The notes under the pieces are model-generated. The model was not told the DNA's origin. It made no database searches and saw nothing but the letters and a program-made list of their open reading frames with translations. DNA of 64,000 bases from the IMG/VR virus record IMGVR_UViG_3300032254_000001, positions 32,001 to 96,000 of that record; one strand, given 5' to 3'. The translations under genes and the position numbers were made by a program. Source of the DNA: a virus. Lineage: Duplodnaviria > Caudoviricetes. Of the stretch, positions 8,601-15,274 are shown piece by piece (the first letter of the stretch is position 1; every line of letters begins with the position of its first letter).

Positions 8601-8683
8601 TGGTACGTCCGGTGGGATTCGAACCCACAAAGGTCTGGTGTTTGAAACCAGTAGCTGTGCCAATTTACATTAACCACGGACGC
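8601..8683 (-). tRNA. tRNA-Leu(CAA) without long variable arm, enlarged D-loop
   Basis: Stem CTGGT/ACCAG, loop TT-CAA-AC. Confidence 0.8.
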
Positions 8684-8691
8684 ATTACATT

Positions 8692-8774
8692 TGGTACCTG
8701 GGGCGGGAGTCGAACCCGCAAGGGTCTGGAGTCTAAATCCAGTAGCTGTGCCAATTTACATTAACCACCCAGGC
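8692..8774 (-). tRNA. tRNA-Leu(TAG) without long variable arm, enlarged D-loop
   Basis: Stem CTGGA/TCCAG, loop TT-TAG-AC. Confidence 0.8.
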
Positions 8775-8780
8775 ATAATT

Positions 8781-8856
8781 TGGTAGGACGACAGGGCCTC
8801 GAACCCTGATCACAACGGTTAAAAGCCGCGTCTCTGCCCACTTGAGTTACCGTCCT
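8781..8856 (-). tRNA. tRNA-Lys(TTT)
   Basis: Loop CT-TTT-AA. Confidence 0.85.
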
Positions 8857-8862
8857 ATAATT

Positions 8863-8938
8863 TGGTGGACCGCCCCGGCAACGATCCGGGAACTTCTCGG
8901 GTAAGAGCCGAGTACTCTGCCAATTGAGTTAGCAGTCC
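8863..8938 (-). tRNA. tRNA-Lys(CTT)
   Basis: Loop CT-CTT-AC; T-loop ATCGTTG. Confidence 0.85.
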
Positions 8939-8944
8939 ATAATT

Positions 8945-9031
8945 TGGTGGGGCGACAGGGATTCGAACCCTGGATGTCCTTTCGGATCGTCTGATTAAAA
9001 GTCAGGTGCCATACCGCTTGGCGACCGCCCC
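8945..9031 (-). tRNA. tRNA-Lys(TTT) with long variable arm
   Basis: Loop CT-TTT-AA; V-arm TCC-GAAA-GGA. Confidence 0.85.
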
Positions 9032-9032
9032 G

Positions 9033-9060
9033 TAAAAAAACCTAGCAAGCTAGGTTTTTG
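9033..9060 (-). terminator. rho-independent terminator immediately 5' of tRNA-Lys
   Basis: AAAAACCTAG-CTTG-CTAGG-T7. Confidence 0.75.
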
Positions 9061-9165
9061 TTTGTATGTTAGTTTTATCCTTCTTCAAAAAGGACATCCA
9101 GGGTTCGAACCGATATCATAATCTATTGTTTACCAACATACGGTATAAATTGTGGTCGCGCTAGA

Positions 9166-9414
9166 TTATGCGGTTGCTACTGTGTCTGTTTCAGTTAACT
9201 TTGCAGTAACTTCGACGCCACGGCATTTTAGAACTGTTAGTGCTTTCTGATGAAACTTCTTCTGGCCTTTGTTGCTCAGAACTTCCATGAGTGCTTCTGT
9301 TGACATTGTGTGTGCTGATTTACCACCTTTACGTGTTCCGATTAAGAACTTATGTGCTGGTGCTGCAACAACTAGGCCGCTTTTAGTTTTCTTTGTTGAA
9401 CGATTCTTTGGCAT
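9166..9414 (-). CDS. small basic hypothetical protein
   Basis: AGAGG RBS before MPKNRST. Confidence 0.6.
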   Translation of the reverse strand: MPKNRSTKKTKSGLVVAAPAHKFLIGTRKGGKSAHTMSTEALMEVLSNKGQKKFHQKALTVLKCRGVEVTAKLTETDTVATA

Positions 9415-9491
9415 TACTATTTCCTCTGTTAAGGGTTTAAACAAAAACAGCGACAATATTGCCGCTGTTTTTAATTACATTTACGTTACTT

Positions 9492-10775
9492 TTAGAAACG
9501 TTGTGAATACGATGCTTGTAATTCGTACTGGTCCATTTTCAATGATACAGTTTGTGCATCAAAGCCTGTTGGTCCAGTAATAGTATTACTTGGCGCGTAC
9601 ATTGCAGCTAGTGAGAACTCTGAAGTGTCACTTAGCGGAGTTGTGAAACCAGCTGTGTAGTGGGTTTCTATTACTGCTGGAGCTAAAATGTTGAACATGT
9701 TCTGTCCATCTGTAATAGGCTGTTCAGCGTGTGAAACACCTAAGCGGTACTTAGTAGATGTACCAAACTCATAACCGAACTTGTAAATGGTCATATCTTC
9801 CCAACCAAATCCAGCACCGTTCTCACCGCCTAAGCGACCTGAACCGTCTTGGTAAGCCATTAAGTTTTGAACACTATTACCAATTGAGTCAACATCACCA
9901 TAAGCGATATGTTGTGCATCAAATACTAATGTAGTTGTTGGAGAAGTTTTAATAGCTACGCCTAATGTCGCTGTAGCTGGAATATTAAATTCACCACCGT
10001 TAGCAAATAAACCTGAGTAGTCTTCTAACAAGCTCATGTTAATTTGTGACTGGTAAGAAGCACCAAATGCTATAGGACCAGCGTCACCCTGCCAACCTAC
10101 TTTGATGCCAATACCTGTTGAAATATCAGCGTCATTGTTAGTTAGTTTAGATGCGTCTGTTGACATCTGACCAAACATTTGCAAGCCTTTAGCTTCGAAT
10201 GTCTGTATAGCTGTTACAGCACTAACGCCAATTGCGTGATGCTTATCGACTTGATGTGATAATGAAGCGTTAATGAATAACTGTTTCAAATCTACACCAG
10301 CAGTACCACCGCCAAATGTACCAGAAGCGCCTGGAACCGTCATTGCCATTGGAGAAGCAACACCTTTGTATTCTGTGTTCATGCCACCGCTTCCGTAAAC
10401 AGAAACACCAATTGCTGTTACGTCGCTAATCATTTTGTTATAACCAAAATGTGGAATTGCAAAGTAATCGTTGTCACTTTCGGCTGTACCTGGCATTAAT
10501 GGGAAAGTACCTGGTTGTCCGGTTGGATTGCCTTCTACCGTGTATTCACGACGTGGGCTAAAAATAGCTAAACCAACATCTAGTCGCGTACCTACTTTGA
10601 CCATGCCTGCTGGGTTAGTTGCTGATGCTAATGCATCCTGTGAGTATGCAACACCGGCGCCAGCCATACCTTTTTCTTTGGTACTGTATCCGTGTGCAAA
10701 ATATCCGTTTGTTGCAAATGCAACTGATGACGACATTAATGTAGCTGCCGCGATTGCCATTGTTAGTTTTTTCAT
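9492..10775 (-). CDS. OmpP1/FadL/TodX family outer-membrane transporter
   Basis: Signal peptide, ATNGYFAHGY..GMAGAGVA, NPAG hatch motif, terminal Phe. Confidence 0.9.
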   Translation of the reverse strand: MKKLTMAIAAATLMSSSVAFATNGYFAHGYSTKEKGMAGAGVAYSQDALASATNPAGMVKVGTRLDVGLAIFSPRREYTVEGNPTGQPGTFPLMPGTAESDNDYFAIPHFGYNKMISDVTAIGVSVYGSGGMNTEYKGVASPMAMTVPGASGTFGGGTAGVDLKQLFINASLSHQVDKHHAIGVSAVTAIQTFEAKGLQMFGQMSTDASKLTNNDADISTGIGIKVGWQGDAGPIAFGASYQSQINMSLLEDYSGLFANGGEFNIPATATLGVAIKTSPTTTLVFDAQHIAYGDVDSIGNSVQNLMAYQDGSGRLGGENGAGFGWEDMTIYKFGYEFGTSTKYRLGVSHAEQPITDGQNMFNILAPAVIETHYTAGFTTPLSDTSEFSLAAMYAPSNTITGPTGFDAQTVSLKMDQYELQASYSQRF

Positions 10776-10857
10776 TATAATTGTTTCCTCAATATTGATT
10801 GTTAACGTAAGTTAGTATACATATTGAGAACAAGTAAGTCTACTCGTTTGGCTAAAT

Positions 10858-10931
10858 TGGTACCCAGTGTTGGAATCGAACCAACGTCTCCGCCTTGTAA
10901 AAGCGGCGATAATCCCCTCAGCTAACCGGGT
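10858..10931 (-). tRNA. tRNA-Val(TAC)
   Basis: Loop TT-TAC-AA; weak D-stem. Confidence 0.75.
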
Positions 10932-10937
10932 GTAAAT

Positions 10938-11013
10938 TGGTATCTCCAGTAGGAACCGAGCCTACAACCTTCGCTATGTTAAAGCGATGCTCTACCAGTT
11001 GAGCTATGGAGAT
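10938..11013 (-). tRNA. tRNA-Val(AAC)
   Basis: Loop TT-AAC-AT; T-loop CTCGGTT. Confidence 0.75.
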
Positions 11014-11015
11014 AT

Positions 11016-11090
11016 TGGAGCTCTTACCCAGAACCGAGCTGGGATTTCAGCGTTACGAGTGCCGTGTTCTGCCTGTTGAACTATAAGAGC
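11016..11090 (-). tRNA. tRNA-Thr(CGT)
   Basis: Loop CT-CGT-AA; T-loop CTCGGTT. Confidence 0.8.
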
Positions 11091-11094
11091 AATT

Positions 11095-11170
11095 TGGTAT
11101 CCCTGACTGGATTCGAACCAGTATTCCAAGACTTAGGAGGTCCGGCGTTGTCCAGTTGACTTACAAGGAT
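11095..11170 (-). tRNA. tRNA-Arg(CCT)
   Basis: Loop CT-CCT-AA. Confidence 0.75.
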
Positions 11171-11176
11171 ATTGTT

Positions 11177-11252
11177 TGGCGTCCCCGGTAGGATTCGAAC
11201 CCACATTCTTCGGCTTAGAAGACCTAGCGTTCTCCAGTTGACTTACAGGGAC
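11177..11252 (-). tRNA. tRNA-Arg(TCT)
   Basis: Loop CT-TCT-AA. Confidence 0.8.
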
Positions 11253-11258
11253 ATAATT

Positions 11259-11339
11259 TGGCGCCCACGGTAGGGTTCGAACCTACATTTGCATCCAATT
11301 ACCTTACTCGACGTTCGTAGCGCCGGGGGTTACGTGGGC
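11259..11339 (-). tRNA. D-armless tRNA-Arg(ACG) with long variable region
   Basis: Acceptor, anticodon and T arms intact; D-arm replaced by TAACCCC. Confidence 0.7.
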
Positions 11340-11346
11340 AGTATTT

Positions 11347-11438
11347 TGGTACCTCTACCAGGATTCGAACCTGGACTACTCGCTAATCTGGCGATACGAC
11401 CGTATAAAAGTCGTGTGCTACCGTTACACTATAGAGGT
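11347..11438 (-). tRNA. tRNA-Ile(TAT) with long variable arm
   Basis: Loop TT-TAT-AC; V-arm TCGC..GCGA. Confidence 0.8.
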
Positions 11439-11445
11439 GCAGTGC

Positions 11446-11522
11446 TGGTGGGCCTTGTAGGATTTGAACCTACGACCAACGAATTATGAGTTCGCTGCTC
11501 TGACCAGCTGAGCTAAAGGCCC
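11446..11522 (-). tRNA. tRNA-Ile2(CAT)
   Basis: CAT anticodon; body resembles ileX-type tRNA. Confidence 0.75.
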
Positions 11523-11528
11523 GATGTT

Positions 11529-11614
11529 TGGTAGCGAGAGTAGGAGTCGAACCTACGAAACCTTTCGGTATAGGGTTATGAGCCCCATCACTTTATCCAC
11601 TTGTATATCTCGCG
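11529..11614 (-). tRNA. initiator-type tRNA-fMet(CAT) with long variable arm
   Basis: C1:T72 mismatch, three G-C pairs in the anticodon stem, V-arm ACC-GAAA-GGT. Confidence 0.75.
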
Positions 11615-11710
11615 TCAATAAGTTACATCACTTACTATGATTCGGCCGAACCACGGATAGTGATGCTTTCCCGGCAAGTATTGTAAGCGGCCGCTTAATT
11701 TCCTTGCCTT

Positions 11711-11786
11711 GCATACCAGGTGGGACTCGAACCCACATACACAGCCTTCAACGGCTGCCGCTGTTCCAATTCGCGTACTAGCGTAC
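11711..11786 (-). pseudogene. degenerate tRNA
   Basis: T-arm intact, 6-nt anticodon loop, weak acceptor, no CCA. Confidence 0.45.
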
Positions 11787-11797
11787 TTCTTTAAATT

Positions 11798-11873
11798 TGG
11801 TGCATCCTGTTGGTAACGCTCCAACTCCTATGGGGTTTCAATCCATTGCTTCTACTTAGTTAGCTTAGGATGC
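11798..11873 (-). tRNA. tRNA-Phe(GAA)
   Basis: Loop TT-GAA-AC; T-loop AGCGTTA. Confidence 0.8.
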
Positions 11874-11878
11874 ATGTT

Positions 11879-11952
11879 TGGTAGTTCCAGAAGGACTTGA
11901 ACCCTCATAGACCGGTAATCGGCCGGCAGCCTTACCATTAGACGATGGAACT
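11879..11952 (-). tRNA. tRNA-Ile(GAT)
   Basis: Loop CC-GAT-TA (lacks U33). Confidence 0.75.
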
Positions 11953-11958
11953 ATTGTT

Positions 11959-12046
11959 TGGTACTACCGGTTGGAGTCGAACCAACTGTAAGGAATTACC
12001 CTTGCACGGTTATCAGCCGTGTGCTTAACCGTTCAGCGTCGGTAGT
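11959..12046 (-). tRNA. tRNA-Ile(GAT) with long variable arm
   Basis: Loop CT-GAT-AA; V-arm AAGGG-TAAT-TCCTT. Confidence 0.85.
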
Positions 12047-12052
12047 ATAATA

Positions 12053-12149
12053 TGGCGGAAGAGGGCGGACTCGAACCCCCACAGCGCAGGATCGCTACGC
12101 TGACCGGTTTTCAAGACCGGGCCGATACCAAATTTCGGTTGACTCTTCC
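12053..12149 (-). tRNA. tRNA-Ser(TGA)
   Basis: Type II cloverleaf, G73. Confidence 0.9.
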
Positions 12150-12242
12150 ATTAATTCGTTCGCGACGTTCGATGCAATTGGCTCCGTCCACGACACTGAC
12201 ACTAACCGTTACCATTGCACACGGTTGACGTGTTTGTAAAAT

Positions 12243-12329
12243 TGGCGGAAGATGTGAGATTCGAACTCACACAGCCTTACGGCTGTACTCCTTAGCAGGG
12301 AGCTATGTTACCAGTTGCATCAATCTTCC
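12243..12329 (-). tRNA. tRNA-Ser(GCT)
   Basis: Type II cloverleaf, G73. Confidence 0.9.
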
Positions 12330-12397
12330 AGTAATAGTGTTGGGCCATATAGATTCAGATTCTACTGTAAATTGTTTGACAACACTACATTTTAAAA

Positions 12398-12530
12398 TGG
12401 GGCAATGTGTTGGAGTTGAACCAACTATAACTAACGACAAACTTTACGTATCATCGCTGCAGGCTAGTTACGCTCCGCTGTAGCTACTAAACCGTTAGTG
12501 CATTAACCAACAATTATGCTATACACCGCC
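12398..12530 (-). ncRNA. His-like tRNA body with a long (~55 nt) anticodon-loop insertion
   Basis: 8-bp acceptor GGCGGTGT/ACATTGCC plus CCA, stem CTAACG/CGTTAG, T-arm. Confidence 0.6.
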
Positions 12531-12541
12531 ATTGAATTTGA

Positions 12542-12679
12542 TTGAGGAAAGTGGAACCACTTTTTATGGCGGCTGTGCTACCGTTACACTACATGCCAGC
12601 ATTCCTGGTACATGGGAGGAGTCGAACCTCCACTTGCTGCTTGGCTTATTTTAGAAGGAAGTAAATCCCATAGCCTCAA
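12542..12679 (-). ncRNA. Y-RNA-like (YrlA-type) RNA with a circularly permuted tRNA module
   Basis: GAGG-CTA-stem-TCCTTCT scaffold enclosing a T-arm, loop-closed acceptor stem and D-arm. Confidence 0.65.
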
Positions 12680-12880
12680 ATTTTTGTTACTTTTTCGATT
12701 CATCTATTAGGTGCTTAATAGCCCTTAGTGAACGTAAGTCTACTTCCGCTTGCTTGCGAAAGATTGGATTTTTTTGTGTTTTTAAAACTTCAACCAGTAA
12801 GTTAATTTTCTGGTTTAAACGTTCTATTGTTATATTAATGTACTCATGTTAATACCCTCTATGGTAAGTGTATTTATGAT

Positions 12881-12966
12881 TGGTGCTGCCTGTAGGATTC
12901 GAACCTACTCATCCAGTGGAATCGGGTTTACAATCCGACGTGACTCTCCATCTTCACCGCGACAGC
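12881..12966 (-). tRNA. tRNA-Tyr(GTA)
   Basis: Loop TT-GTA-AA, V-arm. Confidence 0.85.
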
Positions 12967-12978
12967 GTAATTTTAATT

Positions 12979-13065
12979 TGGTGGATCTAGTTGGATTCGA
13001 ACCAACAATGCCAGAAGCGCCGAGTTTACAGTCCGGTGGTAGCAACCAGTTCTACCATTAGATCC
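12979..13065 (-). tRNA. tRNA-Tyr(GTA)
   Basis: Loop CT-GTA-AA, V-arm. Confidence 0.85.
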
Positions 13066-13071
13066 ATTGTT

Positions 13072-13157
13072 TGGAAGCGACGGTGAGGGTCGAACTCACA
13101 ATGCCCGAAAGCGCCAGATTCAAAGTCTGGTGGGGTTACCAATTTTCCTACATCGCT
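13072..13157 (-). tRNA. tRNA-Gln(TTG) with long variable arm
   Basis: Loop CT-TTG-AA; V-arm GCT-TTCG-GGC. Confidence 0.85.
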
Positions 13158-13167
13158 ATAATTTATT

Positions 13168-13242
13168 TGGAGACTCTACTCGGTTTCGAACCGAGGCTTG
13201 AAGATTTGCAATCAACCGCACTACCAATTATGCTACAGAGTC
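13168..13242 (-). tRNA. tRNA-Cys(GCA)
   Basis: Loop TT-GCA-AA, U73. Confidence 0.8.
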
Positions 13243-13250
13243 AAAGTGTT

Positions 13251-13322
13251 TGGCACCGCGACAAGGTGTTGATCCCTGCAAGCCGGGGGTTGGAATCCCA
13301 GCACCTCCCCGGAGGCCACGGC
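13251..13322 (-). tRNA. atypical selC-like tRNA, anticodon probably CCA (Trp)
   Basis: D hairpin GCCTC-CGGG-GAGGT, 8-nt anticodon loop ATTCCAAC, G73, CCA. Confidence 0.5.
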
Positions 13323-13335
13323 ATTAAAAAGGTAC

Positions 13336-13444
13336 CTTGTAAGCTCTCGTTAGACTGATTAACTACCGCGTGTAGTCGCGTTCTAACAATAGGCGTGTAC
13401 TGACGCCTCGTTTTACTTGTGATGCATTGCATCCTTCTTACAAG
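13336..13444 (-). ncRNA. multibranch structured RNA candidate
   Basis: Closing stem CTTGTAAG/CTTACAAG with three internal hairpins. Confidence 0.5.
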
Positions 13445-13518
13445 CAGCCCTGTACAGGATTCGAACCTGTGTTTCCAGCCTTCACGGGCCGGTGTCCTAA
13501 CCACTAGACGAACGGGGC
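13444..13518 (-). tRNA. Glu/Asp-body tRNA with 8-nt anticodon loop (CCGTGAAG)
   Basis: Intact D and T arms, no CCA. Confidence 0.5.
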
Positions 13519-13669
13519 ATAAAAATCGTGGAACTGATCATATTACAAAACAGTACCTAAACACTGTTACAATGCAATAAGGGTAGCGCAAAGTTCCGTA
13601 GCCTATATTCTACCATTTTCTGACTTCACTGCATATGCATAATTAGGTTGCACATACATCACATCAAAT

Positions 13670-13932
13670 TGGCTGTGACAGTTGGGTTCGAACCAACGTT
13701 ACCGGCTCAAATCGCTTATGCTGGGTGCCGGTGTTTTGCCGCCTACTTGCTTTCATTGTACACTTTCTTGATAAGTTTCTTTTAGCTTTTGCACGTCTGG
13801 CCTGCTCAATCCTTTCAAAAGAGTCTGGTAGTTTTTATAGCCTAAGCGATTGTTACCATTGGTGTTACTAACTAAGGTACTTCTCAACATTACTAATGCA
13901 GTCTTACTAACTTTCGTCTAAACTACATCACA
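13670..13932 (-). ncRNA. tRNA gene with a large D-loop insertion carrying a 45-codon ORF and a 20-nt anticodon loop
   Basis: Acceptor TGTGATG/TGTCACA-G-CCA, D-stem GTTT/AAAC, CCGGC/GCCGG, T-arm. Confidence 0.7.
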
Positions 13933-14007
13933 ATAAATTCTTGCAGTTTCTCCGACTCGATCCGTTAACTAGTATGGATGTCCGTACAATGCCTCGTAGA
14001 AGTAAAT

Positions 14008-14081
14008 TGGTGGACACGCGGAGAGTCGAACTCCATCTTCCTCATTGCAAAAGAGGTGCTTTCCCGTTAAGCTAACGGCCC
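14008..14081 (-). tRNA. tRNA-Ala(TGC)
   Basis: G3:U70, loop TT-TGC-AA; imperfect acceptor. Confidence 0.75.
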
Positions 14082-14161
14082 ATGATTTGGAGGAAAGGGT
14101 TGGCTTTTCACCAACTATAAACGGTAACAGAGAACGTTGTGTTACCTCACTCGCCATTGTT

Positions 14162-14235
14162 TGGTGGAGATTCGGAGAATCGAACTCCGATCAAAGCGTT
14201 GCAAACGCCCCGTAATCCCGTTATACTAAACCCCC
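14162..14235 (-). tRNA. tRNA-Ala(TGC)
   Basis: G3:U70, loop TT-TGC-AA. Confidence 0.9.
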
Positions 14236-14256
14236 AATTGTTTGGCTTTATAAATT

Positions 14257-14331
14257 TGGCTCCGGTAGCTGGAATCGAACCAACCTGCCACAGATTAACA
14301 GTCTGCTGCCACACCTTGCGGCCCTACCGGA
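14257..14331 (-). tRNA. tRNA-Asn(GTT)
   Basis: Loop CT-GTT-AA, G73. Confidence 0.9.
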
Positions 14332-14332
14332 A

Positions 14333-14776
14333 TTATCCGTATTGCGGTAATCCCCTAGCCTTGCGACCTTTACCTGTGTTTTTTGCGCCAAATGTTTCTT
14401 GTTGACTATCACAGTTTGGACATACCATTTGAAAATTGTCTGGATGATCGTTTGATGCATTGCCGTCAATGTGATCACACCATAGTGAAATAGGTTTATT
14501 GTTCCAGCTATCGATGCCACAGATATTACATTTATTGCCATCCCGCTTAATAACAAATTCTCTGATCAGCTTTCTCGGAGTTTTTAATCCTAAGTCACAT
14601 CCTGCTAACCAATCCTGATATCGTTTCTCAAATAACTTTTGCGATTTATCTTTTCTATAATTTATATTACACACTGTACTACAAAATTTATGATTATAAC
14701 TATAACCTTTGAACTTAAATTCTGTACTACAATGACCGCATATAAAAGTTTCGTCTTTTTTCCTTTTGATGTTCAT
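14333..14776 (-). CDS. HNH endonuclease
   Basis: CNICG, DHIDGNASND...VCPNC. Confidence 0.85.
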   Translation of the reverse strand: MNIKRKKDETFICGHCSTEFKFKGYSYNHKFCSTVCNINYRKDKSQKLFEKRYQDWLAGCDLGLKTPRKLIREFVIKRDGNKCNICGIDSWNNKPISLWCDHIDGNASNDHPDNFQMVCPNCDSQQETFGAKNTGKGRKARGLPQYG

Positions 14777-14954
14777 ATGGTAGAGCCTTTTAAAATAGTT
14801 ATATTTTATTTATCACTCTACCACCTGAACAGAAATTTTAAACTACTTTATCACGACATTGATCGCCACCACAGCAACCCTGTTTCGTTCAATTTCGTTA
14901 AGGTAGCATTACACAACTTCACCGGTTAAGATCCGCCTTCATGTAACCCTTAAT

Positions 14955-15040
14955 TGGCTCCGAGAGTAGGGATCGAACCTACGTTGTTTACACAAGCCTA
15001 TGGTTAACAGCCACGCGCATTACCACTCTGCCACCTCGGA
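14955..15040 (-). tRNA. tRNA-Asn(GTT) with long variable arm
   Basis: Loop CT-GTT-AA; V-arm TTGT-GTAA-ACAA. Confidence 0.85.
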
Positions 15041-15048
15041 ATTATAAA

Positions 15049-15189
15049 TGCTCTTACTGGGGCAGGCTGGGATTCTAACCCACAACGACTTGACTATTGT
15101 CGCGTTTGCATGTAACGCACCGAGGGTCAACTCGTCAAGTTCCACGCCTTTACATACCCGCGGTATGCTTCTCTGCCCCAGTAAGAACA
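15049..15189 (-). ncRNA. tRNA-like RNA with a 17-bp terminal helix
   Basis: Terminal inverted repeat, T-like arm TGGG-TTAGAAT-CCCA, CTTGAC/GTCAAG arm with two hairpins. Confidence 0.55.
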
Positions 15190-15199
15190 CTTTTAAAAT

Positions 15200-15273
15200 T
15201 GGAGCCTGGTAAGGGACTCGAACCCTCATCTGTACGTTGGCAACGTACGGTTCTACCGTTGAACTAACCAGGC
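15200..15273 (-). tRNA. tRNA-Gly(GCC)
   Basis: Canonical cloverleaf, U73. Confidence 0.95.
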
Positions 15274-15274
15274 G

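Noticed and set aside
11615-11700. c-di-GMP riboswitch (suggested by the nearby cyclase)
   Set aside because: Hairpins are present but the GEMM P1/P2 GNRA-receptor consensus is not matched.
12335-12390. tRNA minihelix between Ser and the His-like gene
   Set aside because: An 8-bp hairpin with weak internal structure and no CCA; too little evidence.
14088-14158. Additional tRNA between the two Ala genes
   Set aside because: Only a T-like hairpin and CCA remain; no acceptor pairing or anticodon arm.
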